Of a DNA stretch of 64,000 bases, positions 14,100-26,400 are shown in pieces. The notes beneath the pieces were generated by a model. It searched no databases. It worked only from the letters and a program-made list of their open reading frames with translations, and was not told where the DNA came from. Origin of the DNA: Tubiluchus corallicola (lineage: Eukaryota > Animalia > Priapulida); NCBI GenBank assembly GCA_030141605.1, contig JAQGDQ010000053.1, positions 1 through 64,000 on the forward strand, in the 5' to 3' direction. A program made the position numbers and the translations under genes. Position 1 is the stretch's first letter. Each line of letters opens with the position of its first letter.

Positions 14100-15945
14100 T
14101 TCACCTTTTTTCTTCTTTGGCCTCAACATGTGTTGGGACCCAGACAGCGGACTTAGATATTTTTTCTCGTTCACCTCTTCTTTTTCAAATAGGTGAACCG
14201 GAACTCAATTAGAATTTTAAACACTCTGGCAATTTTTTTGTACCTCAGCATCTCTCTCACTTCTTAATCTCTCGATTCTCTGCTTCTCCTCTTCCAATTG
14301 CTGCTTCAAATCTGTTTTTATCTGCTTTTTCATCGCCTCCTCTTTTTCTTTCCATACACTTTGCTACCTCCAATAATTTATCAATCCAGTCTTTGATACC
14401 TCCAATCTTTCTTCTTCCTTTCTTGCTTGTTCGTGTTCTTTCCGTGCCTCCAAGACTCCCTGTTCCTTTTTTATCCTCTTCAGGCAACGAAGTCAGTTAC
14501 TTCAACAAAGTGTTAATGTCTTAGGCACATGTTTTAGGCACATTATTACCGCAGGGCATGTACCAAGGCATTCTTGCAGGGTGAATTTTCCAAGTGCATA
14601 GGCAGGTAAATATTCTAACATCACAAATATGTGCTTCCCCTAATTGTCCATTTGCTGTTTTATCTTCTTGATCAGATTCTGTTGTTCTGACTTTTTTCTG
14701 CTACAATTGCAGGGTGCCACAAGGCGACACTTAGTCTAGCCACTTGCAATATCCTTCCCATATCTCAGTCAGAGTAACTGATTGCCAGTCATCGTCGTAT
14801 GCAAAATAACGGTATAAATCCAAAATTGTTGCACTTGCTTCATTGTCTTCAATGAAGTTAACTCCTTTAGGACCATAAGAGTTTGCTCCATTTTGCATGG
14901 GTTCATGAAAAACTGCTCTTACTAAACAGTAATTACATTAAATTTTGTAGGTTTCTAATCCTCACACAATGGGCTTTCATACAAGATTACATATGAAATA
15001 TATTTGCTTACCTGAGACAAATTGAAAACTCATTGTTGCTGAAAATATTGAAAAAAGTCTGCACTCTGCACAGCTTGGGCTGTAGCAAGCAAGGAATCAA
15101 TAAGATCAAGCAAGTGTAAGCCAGACTAAGCTACTCTACAGGCTAAGTTGAAATGCCCGAAAAGGTTATATTCCTCTTGGTTTTATCTAATTAAATCACT
15201 TAATTAAATCACATAATTAAATGCTTAAACAATTAGCATGACTAGATAGCCGAGATTCTCTTGAATAAAACAAAGCCTAATTTGTAATCATTTTAGCTTT
15301 GTCTGCGCTCGCATACAGTAGCAGAAAAGTCATAGGTCTTATAAAACCCATTTTGAAAGGCGCAGTTCTGAAGGAGTTAAGCATCTTTTTCAATATCGAC
15401 AGTTCCTATAATTATGCCAGTTTTGCCCTAAATTTAGGGGAAAGGGAAATGTTGGTTACCATCTCCAGAGCAAGAACGTCATTTTATTTATTACAGCCTT
15501 CATGGAGGAAGAACCAATGCATCTTTTCCATCCAGAGCCTTCACTGAGATCTGCTGACCTGTGATGTTGGGGTCAGTGGAAGTGACTCATATATGTCCTT
15601 TTCTTTAAAACTTACATCATTCTATAATAACCATCTCTCAATAGTAGTTCTCCTGATTGTCTCCTATTTACTCCACCTCTTGGGCTTGATATTGGTGCCA
15701 TTTGCATCCTCCAGCTATGCCGCTAGATATGTTTCCAAAGCATGCTCCTTTTACAGCAGATTGAGAGCTAGACCACTTGTTTCATAACTGTGATCTTCAT
15801 TTGTACACCAAGATGTCAGTAAAGAAAATTGTTGCCCTTTCAACATTTTATGCCCTTGAAACGTGAATGGTCTTGCTCCAACTAGAAGGATTTCACGTGA
15901 GCCATCTTTGACTGTTAAGATCAGATATTTATGGAAATTTTTATG
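14100..15945 (-). pseudogene. Decayed coding-like sequence of unknown family
   Basis: Long - strand frames broken by scattered stops (FHKYLILTVKDGSREILLVGARPF...; FIEDNEASATILDLYRYFAYDDDWQSVTLTEIWEGYCKWLD*; a K/E-rich coiled-coil-like frame at 14220-14490). No family recognised. Confidence 0.35.
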
Positions 15946-16419
15946 AGAATGAATGTAACAAGTGTAGAATTGCTTAACTGCACAGGCAGAAGATGTGATA
16001 CACATAGAGTTTGGCTAAATTGCCTAAGCAAACGTTATTGTACTTATTATAGAGTTGAGAGACTGGATATGGACAATAATTGGTAGATCAGGTTAGGCAT
16101 AATGATGCAAGAAAGGCACCCTTAAAGAGTTGCAACGCGTACTGGGAAATGGAGATTGTTAGAGGAAAATTTCACTGATAGGATATTGCTTTCAAAAGTA
16201 CAACGCAAGATAGGTAGGTGATACAGTCACGATCAATGTTACCTGACTTCACACTGTGGCTGGATGTAATTGGCTGTGAGGAGAAAGAATCTGCAAAATC
16301 ATGCCGATAAAAGTGAGTTGAGTGAGTTGGGGCTGCTACCGCCTCCGCCGTTGATGAAAATAGAATCCACTGATGGTTTCCCGTTAATTAAAATGAATGT
16401 AGAAACGTTTGATACAAGT

Positions 16420-16645
16420 AAGCTTTGGTACAGGTAAGTTTCGTACAGGGAATTTTGGTACGAGGAAATTTCGTTATTCGGAAAATTTGGTACTAGTCGT
16501 TTATGGTAATTGGTAATTTTTGTACAGGCAAATTTCTAATATCATAATATCATCTGAACGTAAAAGGAATTTTTGGTACTAAGAAAATATGGTACGAAGA
16601 AAATTTGGTACTAGGAAAGTATGGTACTGGAAAATTTGGTACAAA
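16420..16645 (+). repeat. Degenerate minisatellite (GAAAATTTGGTAC-like unit)
   Basis: Multiple imperfect tandem units. Confidence 0.75.
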
Positions 16646-17077
16646 ACGAAAAAGAGAGCACTTCAATATCTCAGTATAAAATAATTGTTTCAACTAGAAA
16701 ATAAATACGTTTGTTTAGTCGGAAGGAAATCTGGTACTAGAAAAGTCAGGTTAATTAAAAAGTTTATAAAGCATTATACTGTAATTAATAGTGCGTGGCA
16801 GCTAAAATTTGATCAATCCATATAGGTTTACATTTGAGAATTCTTTCAGCAAAAAATAAAAGGCCTTCAACTCGCCAAGCAAATTTTCCAAAAAGCTTGG
16901 TCAATTTGTTTTTTTTCTGGAAAAATGATCACTTTCTCTGTTTTTTTTACAAAAATCTTCAAACTGAGATAAGAACGTGGCAGTGATGGCTGATAATATC
17001 ACTGGACAGAAACGTCCTGCATAAGTATAGTTTGGTTTTCTGCAAAGCCCACAGTACGGAGTGAGAACTGTACTTCT

Positions 17078-17121
<44 letters not shown>

Positions 17122-18150
17122 GTATGGTGGTAGTGGTGGTGGTGGTGGTGGTGGTGGTGGTGTTGGTGGTGGTGGTGGTGGTGGTAGGGTAGTGGTGGTT
17201 ATGGTGGTGATGGTGGTGGCGGTGGCGGTGGCGGTGGTGGTGGCGACGGCAGTGGCAGTGGTGGTGGTGAAGATGATGACAATGGTAATGATGATGATAA
17301 TAATGATGAGGAAAACATCAACAATGATGGTTATGATGTGGCAATGATGGTGGTAACATTGATTCAGATCAGTTCCCATTTAGTGGAAAATCCTGACAAA
17401 GCAAAAAGCTTTTTGATTACTGCAAATAACAAATCTACAACTACATAACAGAGATTATTATTATTAGCCCAATTTATCTAAATACCATACGCCAGAGGAG
17501 ATACCATTTCTGAGTATTTGGTATGATCTTTCTGCGGAAAAATATCCCCAGTCTCCCAGGTGGAAAGGAGGTGCATATATTTTCCATTACACTATACCGT
17601 CTAGTCTTTTATGGGGCGTGACTAATTATAAGTAAAAGAAGGCTTACCAAATTTCAAAAGCACAGCAAATGTGCCACATAGTGTAGAGCCAGCAGCACCT
17701 ATTGTATGCAGTAGTAATCACTGTCATTCTCGCTTTTGCTACAATTGTCATAATCATTGTCACTGTCAGCATCATCATCAGTGTCATCTTTGCCAAAATT
17801 ATCACTGTTATCATCGTTATCATAATTATCATCATCACTATCGTTATCGTTGTCATCATCAAAATTATTGTCATCACTATTATCATAATTATCCATCATT
17901 ATATATTGGTACAACAACAAAAGTAATAGTGGTGATGGTGATGATAATCATGATGTTCACTACTAACAATATTAACAGCAGTAACAACAATGACAACAGC
18001 AACAACAACAATGACAACAGCAACAGCAACAAAATGACAAATGTAACAATGGCAACAATAATGGTGATGGATGAGGATGGTGGTGGTAGTAGTAATCACA
18101 ATAAAAAAGTGAGCAAGAAACAAACAATTAAACAACAACAACGACAAAAT
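17078..18150 (+). repeat. Compound trinucleotide low-complexity tracts (GAT, GGT, ATC, AAC)
   Basis: Seen directly at 17078-17355 and 17700-18150. Confidence 0.9.
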
Positions 18151-19176
18151 TTAATAACAAACAACAGACTTACAAACAAAGACGATGCAGACAAAAAAAC
18201 AAATGCAATAATACGAGCCACTATAACTATAACTCGAATTAAATCGGGCAAATACTTTATACTGTATCATTATTATGTGGATGGCTAGGATCAAGCTTGG
18301 CTAGGTACGTCGTCGATGTTGCTTTAAATAACTAACTGATTTTTTTCTGAAGGTGCTCTACCAGAAAAAGAATTCCTGCAGCTAAAAATTATTATAGCAA
18401 ATGGATTAAATCCAAGGAGTGTATACCTGACGTTAACTGTGCCCTACCATCATTTTCAAACATTTCCTGGCCTATCTCATTTTCCTGCAGACGAACTTTA
18501 GAAGATTTTCGGCATTGCTGAAAAAGAAAGTTCGGAAATGGCCAAGTTTGTGTGCGGGTGTCGCTAACTTGATGGATTTGATGAACGTAATTTTGGACGC
18601 GATCAGTGGCGGCTCGTAGCTAAGATTAGTGGGGGTGCTGCTTCAGAAAATTTTTACTGTTGTTTAAATATCGTGTAAAACAGTGTTGAAGTTCGCTTAC
18701 AGTCAAAGAACTCATTTCTTGGAGATGCAAGGAAGCCATGATTAAATTATTTAAATTTTCTGTAAAATAAAAGAATCAAAAAACGATGAATTAATTAGAA
18801 TACCTGGAAGCACATTCAAGAATATGGTACACGATTTTTAAGCACAGCACGATGAGTAAAAAAAAAAACGTTACTTCTCTCTACCTAACGTGCAGCTTCT
18901 CGGACATGTGCGCATGGCCGTATACGCATAATACTAGCCAAATACCGAGTCGCTAGAACTATGAAGTATATTCACATATTACGCGCAAACCAATTTGATT
19001 AGTATTTGCAACCTGGTTTTTATTTGAACAATGTCCGTCACGTCCATTAAATTAATGGTAAACGTCCAACTTACGTTCATCACACCCATTCATTTAGGAT
19101 TTGCCCAAGTTTGTAGTGAGCGGAAAAGGGAAACCTGAATAATTACTTGTGTGCTTTTATTGCTATTTTCGAAGAT

Positions 19177-19184
19177 ATGGACCG
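19177..19184 (+). CDS. VPS36: VPS36 first coding exon (ATG GAC CG|gttaga, M-D-R)
   Basis: Splicing to the acceptor ctttgtag|G at 21399 gives MDRFGW, matching the MDRFxW start of VPS36; phases agree. Confidence 0.7.
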
Positions 19185-21398
19185 GTTAGAATAGATTTTA
19201 TTAATGCACACTATGCGGGATGTTTGAGCTTTTTTCGACATTCCCATGTATGGCCTCACTTTGTACCGCCTCAACTTGTGCCGTACCACCTTACCGTGTG
19301 CGGTTTTCTCTTCAGTATGTATCACCTTGCTATGCATGGCCTCGCAGTGCACAGCGAGGTGGTACATGGCTGCACAGCACAACTGAGGTGACGACGCATT
19401 ACATGGGGATGTTGAGCAAGCTTGCACAAACATCTCACACAGTTCATATAAATTTATCATTCAAGAGTTTTTGGATAATGTTTCTAAGTCATACGTGGGT
19501 CTTAAAATGTATTCAGTTTTTAATTTTAGTTATTTTCACATCGTTTTTGTCCTGAAACAGATTTCCAAATCAGACTTAGGAGTTAACACCTATTTAATAC
19601 AATGGGAGGTATTTAACCCGTTTTACATCTTATAATTATATAGCTCTTACCTACATTTTGTTATAGTATACTACCTTTAAAATACTTTGTTACCATACTA
19701 CCCTCGATGGGTGGGGCTAGCAAAACCTAATAAATATCGAATTAAATTTTTGGCCTTCAAATTCGAATCATATCTAATTTCAAAATTTTGAATCATTAAT
19801 AAAAGTACTTGTGCAGAACAAACTCAATTTAGTTCTGAGATGATGAAGACTGTGCATGTAATACTAACTTACTACTCATTAATGGTCACTATTGGTCACT
19901 AATTTACTACTAAAATTAGTGATTGATTTATGTTATCAAAATTAATCCACACAGTAAAAATGCTTTGTGTTTTTAAGTCATATGTTTCTGATTAGTTATT
20001 TAGCATGTGTTAAATGATATGTTTTATTGCACCTTTGCAAGTTACCTTTGATGACTTATTAAACATACCGTGGCTTGCTTCAGATTGCCGACATTCGCCA
20101 ACGCTGGCCATTTTCATTATTTATTTTACAGCAGCTTGCATAGATCACTCATATTGCTATTGTTCTATGGTAAAAAATAGTAATCCAGTGAAGATAGCTG
20201 TTCAACAAGCCATAGAACCAGCCAGAAAACCTGCAGGAGGACAAGTGCTAACATATTTAGATTTTGCATAGAAAGACTTAAACACTTCAGCGCTAATCCT
20301 AGAGATTAATGCAGCTAGTAGAGACTGCTGGTATATGGAGGTGAACATCCATGGATGTATGATTCATTTGGCGATGATAGTAATAATCAGGATAAACTCA
20401 CTCAAATATTTTAATGTCAGAGAACGAAAGTAATTGGGGTGCAGAATTATTCGATTTTATAATTTAAGACTAGAATCAAATTCGAATAAAAAAACTGGGT
20501 CAATGCTCATGCACCAAATAGGTGAGTGGTAAGGATGCTCTGAGTAACAGGTGTACAGCAGAAAGTACTGTACAACCACACAGTAAGCAGAAGTAAAGGA
20601 GTATATTACATGAGTCTCTATTGACACTTGACATGGTATAAGAGTTTTGAAACAAGTTTAGATAACATTACAAAAAGTTTGAAAAAATAATCTGAGCATT
20701 AACTTCATTAACAGAAGCAAAAGCATAACTTACTGTATCTTATCAATGGTTGAAAATACATTTTTTGGTTGGTCAGTGGTGTACACTGGGAAGGTGAGTT
20801 GGTGATATTTTAATGACTTTACCAATTGTCACGAATTAAATTTCTAAGAACTTTCTTTTCTAGCTACATGAGCCTTTAAGCAGGTAAGTGTAATGCTAAC
20901 TTTGAAATTGCCTTTTCTTCTTCTTTAACATGTTTCACCATTAATTTTTTTAAACTACAAGGAATTATTAAGAATGGCAACAAACAAAACCAGTCGTGTG
21001 GAATGTTAAAAAAATAAAAGTAAATGATGAGAGTTGAGTAAATGAAGAAAACATAGAAGTGAATTACAGTGTTCTTGGCACTTAGTCAAAATCAAGTTTC
21101 AATAGTGAATTAATTTATCTACATATTCCACAAATATAAACACAAAAACAGTGTTTCACAGAATGGTCTATTAATTTTTTTAAATAATTGGTGAACTAAT
21201 CGGTAAGAGCCGATTATTTCTTCTAATGATTGCGGTAATCGGTATAGGTTAATAGGTAAATTCCACAATCTGTGCACCTGTAAATATGATAGATAACTGA
21301 ATGTTTAATATGCAAAACACTGCAGAACTTGGCACATGTTATTGCCAAACTGCCTAATAATTACTGTAATGGTTACATTTGTCATTGCCTCTTTGTAG

Positions 21399-22536
21399 GT
21401 TTGGATGGGATGATACAGAACTAGCATCCAATGAAAGATTTATCATTCATCAAAGTGGAATAAGTTTATATGATGGTGACAATAAAACAAATTTTAACAG
21501 TGGCATTGCTGCTTTAACAACGCATAAACTATCTTGGAGGGATCCAAAAGACCAGACATGCATTATAGCCCTTAACTTATCTTTAGTGGTTTTTATTGAA
21601 GAACAGCCGGCGGGATTTGCTAAGAGCTCAAAAATTATTGTGCATCTGTCTCAAACAGAACCAAATGCAAGAGCAAGACCAGTAACACACAGTTCGTTTT
21701 CATATATAAAACTTTCTTTTCGGGAAGCGGGTGAAGCAGAGTTTTACAGAGCCTTCTCTGAGGTACTACAGTGGAGAACATGGGAAAAGGTACTTGGTGC
21801 AAAACCAACTGTGTCTGCAGCACCAAAGCATAGGCCTGGTATTGTTGGCATCGAAAGAAAAATACAACAGCGACACCACGAAACACAAAAAGAAATCACT
21901 GCTGCATTTGAGGACCTGACTGTACTTATTGATAAAGCGAAAAACATGGTTGATCTTTCAAAGAATATTTCACGCAAAATAAAAGACAAACAGGGTGATA
22001 TAACCGAGGACGAAACAATAAAGTTCAAATCGTATCTTCTTAGCCTAGGTATACCAGATCCCGTCACTCGAGAAACACATGGGTCAGGCTCCATGTACCA
22101 CATGGAACTTGCAAAAGAATTGTCTAGGGTTTTAAAAACTCCACTTCAGCAACAAGGTGGCATGATGACTCTTACAGATGTGTACTGCTGGGTAAACAGA
22201 ATGCGCGGTATGGAACTGGTTTCTCCTGATGACATACTAAAAGCATGTAAGATGCTAGAGCATTTAAAACTGCCGACACGTTTGCGTATATTTGACAGTG
22301 GTGTGATGGTGGTACAATTGCTTTCCCACAGTGAAGAAAAAATTATCAAGGAGACATCAAAATTGTTAGAGGAGAAAGACTCTCTTACTGCCCAGGAACT
22401 GGCAAACCTAATTCAGTTATCTGTAGTTTTGGCAAAAGAGCGGTTGCTAGCTACAGAGAAGGCAGGAAAAGCTTGCCGTGATGATTCAGTTGAAGGACTT
22501 AGATTCTATCCAAATTTATTTATGATTAAAAACTGA
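21399..22536 (+). CDS. VPS36: Vacuolar protein-sorting-associated protein 36 (ESCRT-II, EAP45), main exon
   Basis: N-terminal GLUE-like region (LYDGDNKTNFNSGIAALTTHKL, YIKLSFRE), then RPGIVGIERKI, AFEDLTVLIDKAKNMV, FKSYLLSLGIPDPVTRETHGSG, GGMMTLTDVYCWVNRMRGMELVSPDD and CRDDSVEGLRFYPNLF. The TTG start in the ORF track is intronic; a polypyrimidine/AG acceptor ends at 21398. Confidence 0.95.
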
Positions 22537-23290
22537 TAACTGATAAATAGTTTCTGCGGTTTCAGCAGTGTTACTTGAAATAGATATTTTCATGTAAAAT
22601 AACAAGACATAATTAAATTTAAATCACCTTTTCGTTAAGATTGATGCTAACTATAGCTGAGAAAAATTTCAGCCATGGGTACTGAGTAAGTTACGATATC
22701 AAATATTATAGTTGTAGGCCGGATCACGCAGCACAACAACAATTGCAAAAATATGCAGGAAAATGTTGGTAAAACTTAAATATAAAACACGATTAACCAA
22801 AAAGTGCTCGAGACATGGCATACCTGCTGCACGTCTTCCACCGCCCTTGTGGCTTTGCTGATATACAAATTACTAGTATGTCACACCATGTGAAACCGAC
22901 AACTGCATGCAAAAAAGTCCAAAAACAAAACTTGCTTGTGTTTTTTAATTTTATTTAACCCAATCTTACACAATATTCAATATATTTTAAATCAATCATA
23001 TTTTATTGATTTTTTTAAACCAGGAAACAAAACTGTCAGGCCTTTTACACTTGCAGACGCAAAATAAGAACATTACTTTCTCAACAACACAGTTTTTAGA
23101 GAAATGAATAAATGTATTTTGCACAATATTTCTACAAAACAAAAATCAACAAGAGTTCTGTACACTGCATCAAGATAGAGTTTTTAAGGTAAAATGTGTT
23201 GTTATATTATTTTTCATATTGATGATATTTTACAATCATCATAATTTTTGTGTAGAAAATAATGATGCTAAGTGAAATTCGCTTATTATA

Positions 23291-23412
23291 TTACTCCCAT
23301 TCACTAAAGTATACGCCTCCTTCACTCTCAGAGCCACTTCTTCCACTCTTGCCACTTTTGCCACTTTTTCCTGATTTCTTGCTACGGTCCGTACCCGTGC
23401 AAGTGTCATAAC
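23291..23412 (-). CDS. Kazal gene terminal exon
   Basis: GYDTCTGTDRSKKSGKSGKSGKSGRSGSESEGGVYFSEWE*; tttttag acceptor; AATAAA on - strand at 23002-23007. Confidence 0.72.
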
Positions 23413-26400
23413 CTAAAAATTCAAAAATAAAAACTCATTTGCCATACAGTACATATTAAGAATAATTTACATTATTTTTTCTGCAGTCAAACAATGGCTC
23501 CTTAATTTCAATGATCCACATTTTAAGGAATAAGGAATTGTACTTAAGTTGTTCACTTAAAAATACTTCAAAAAGCATTTTAAGATGGATCAAAGTTACA
23601 TACCACTTCCACTCCTATAGCCGCCTTTTCTTCTTTTCTTTCCTTTTTTGCCCTTCTTTTTGCATTTCTTTCTTTCCTGTAAGTAAATTTTAATACGATA
23701 CCTAATACAATTATCTTTTGCTATTCATTTAATTCATAAATGATGCATGTTTCACATAAAAAATCTTTACTCGTGAACTAGTAGCTTCTTCAGTCGATGG
23801 ATATGCTGCTATCTTAACAGGCACTTTTCTAGGCACTTAACACTGACTGACCTTTTAACAGTCACAAATTGTACTAATTGTATTTATTAAGCCTATCATT
23901 AAGATCACGTTTAATAGTGAAACCCCACCCAGTCTGCAATTTTGGCCCTATGACGCAAAGGTAGTTTTAAAGAGAACTTTGGATTGTTCTTATGGCATGC
24001 ACTAAAATTTTTTGTTGTGTTTCAGACAGTGTAAATGGCTAATGCAAAACAGAAAAAGCCATTGTTAACGTTTAAACCTGAATTAGAACCCCATGTTTGA
24101 ATTCTAAATAATGCCAGAAACAACAAGAATATCAACCTTATGCAAGTTGCACAGTCATTACTTAATCATATGAAATGATCAATATTTTACGTTTAGTAAA
24201 AATATGCTGTAAAAATGGAAGCAGTAAAACTTATAAGTGCTTGACTTGTACAAGCTGACCTTATAGATCTTTGAGCGAGTTCCCATTGGATTTAAGGGTT
24301 TGAATGCACCCTGATACATCTACAAATTATATTATTTCTCATTAAATTACATAACATTTAACCATCAAATCACGAATTGGTAACCGAGTGAAGTTATTGC
24401 AAACAGATTTTACTCGCCACAAGTTTAAAAAGGCGGATGAAAAATAATTTATTTTTGGGTAACCCGCTTGCGAATTAACTCTGTAAAGAAGTTGGTTTCG
24501 CAGCGATGTTGTTCTTGTTCTTGTCATTCATGTAATCCATAGCTGCAAACAACTATAGTAATCTCCGTCATATTGATTTAGAGAGTATAAACAAACTTTC
24601 GCTTACTGAAGTCTGTGTACAATCAATTACAGAATATCGTATTCGTGATGCAACCACTGATCATCAAAGGTCTTGTCATTGGGTGTACTTGCTGAGAAAT
24701 CATGAAAAAGAATTGTAGAGATCTATTAATTGGTCTAGTGAATTTAAATCCAACGAGGACTAATCGAATAAGCTAACAGACGTTGATTTTGCAGTACATT
24801 TTCAGCCTCTATTGACAAATGGCACATTTGACAACAATGCTTGTGACTTTAGTAGTTGCCCATATATACCATGTTTGGATGGTCCACTTACTGTCCAAGA
24901 GGTCTGCGAGGTTATTACGAAACTGAACAGTAATAAAAGTAGCAGTTGTAATGGCATTCCAGCTGAACTTGTAAAACTTGTGCCAGAAAGCTCTTTTCAA
25001 CAATTCATCTATTGTTCAATGCTATCTTCTGAAGTGGTTTATACGCTTTGGATTGGGCATTGACACGACTAGTACCGATACACAAAAAAGCGCAACAGAT
25101 CTTTGCGCAGTGACTACAGAGGTATCGGTGTTTTGAACGTGTTACCAAAAGTATATGACTCTGTGTTAAACAAATATCTAAATTTATGGTTCAATCCTGA
25201 CCCAGAGCAAGCTTTCGTGGATGGAAAGAGCACATAGTTGCTTTATGATTGATAACTGATTTTGCTAAAACGTGTAAAGTCAAATTGTTCGTACTATTTA
25301 CTGACTTCAACACAGCCATTCGATTCATATATGCAATGACTAAAGCACTGATTGGGAGTGAACAACTCGAGCCACGTATTGGTGTGTTAAGGTACACCAG
25401 CCAGTTGCTTGTTATTTGTCCTTTTCATTAACTATCTAAGCAGGTTTTGAAGAGCACTGGAACCGATTCCTTACTTGGTAGTAAGCATTCCTTATTACTG
25501 ATGGATGAATTATTACTACTAGAATAATTATCCATTCTGTGATTTATGCTGCTAGGAGGAAGAAGTTACTACCAAAGGTGCAAATACTGCAATTATTTTG
25601 CAATGAGTGCGGCAGGATTATTAATCAATTTAAAACCAAATTTATAGTAATAAATGGCACAGCTCATGACACAGTGAGTAGTGGCTCTCGTAATATATCC
25701 CATTGTACAAGCTACGTTTATCTTGGTTCACCAATTACAAAGGACCCTAATTTGGATACGATATTAACTCAACACGCCAAAATTTGCAAAACGTATTTAC
25801 TTAAGTTTTAAGCTTTTATTAGCAGACATCAGGATGCTCCCTTCATTGTGAAAAAAGCATTTTACAGGCAGCACTATTGTCTTCCATCAACTATGGATGG
25901 TAATCCTGGTTAAAAGACAACCTAAGGTGTGTTAACACTGCACATGGAGTGCAGAAATGTTTGCCGAGGTGTCAGCCAAACGACAACTTACGATTTGAGC
26001 CTCTGTGAAATTGACATGTCAAATTGAATTTGAATGCATATGAAAAAGCAAAGAAGTTTAATTTTGGTCAAGAATGTGTGGCCATGACATACCTCCAATC
26101 AACTCGTCGCAGCTCCTCTTGGAGGAGGCATCCCTAAAATATATCCTACATCACCATGTAGGCCTGTTCTTCCTCTTTTCAAAGAGCTATATATCTTTTT
26201 CCAAGAGTCTCTAGCCGCAACTAGAGAGTTTTTTCTATAGGCTATTCAGTCGAAATTTTTGGGTCCGGGAAAATGCCTGCTGCAGCAGGTGGTGGCCTTC
26301 CCGTCAAATCTAAATATGCCTATAGCATCCACCACTAAATGGGCTATCTAACCATTATAAGCACCGCCCATCACGTTCCCATTTTCTAGAAATAAGAGGT

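Noticed and set aside
16420-16645. CRISPR-like regularly spaced repeats
   Set aside because: Degenerate adjacent tandem units without unique spacers, in eukaryotic DNA; a minisatellite.
16999-18288. Poly-His/Pro/Thr, Asp/Asn-rich and His/Cys-rich ORFs (up to 205 aa) resembling biomineral or metal-binding proteins
   Set aside because: Open in several frames on both strands because of trinucleotide repeats; no splice or start context.
20864-20883. Apparent mini-exon (ttctag|CTACATGAGCCTTTAAGCAG|gtaagt) upstream of the VPS36 main exon
   Set aside because: Its ATG is out of frame and hits TAA; similar sequence recurs at about 40070-40200, so it is part of a dispersed repeat.
21379-21398. TTG-initiated N-terminus MSLPLC of the VPS36 ORF
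   Set aside because: This is the intron polypyrimidine tract and acceptor, not coding sequence.
23771-23840. Possible extra - strand exon (KVPVKIAAYPSTEEATSSR|gtaaag) in the Kazal gene
   Set aside because: The available acceptors are not in phase 0 with the 28122 donor; the model works without it.
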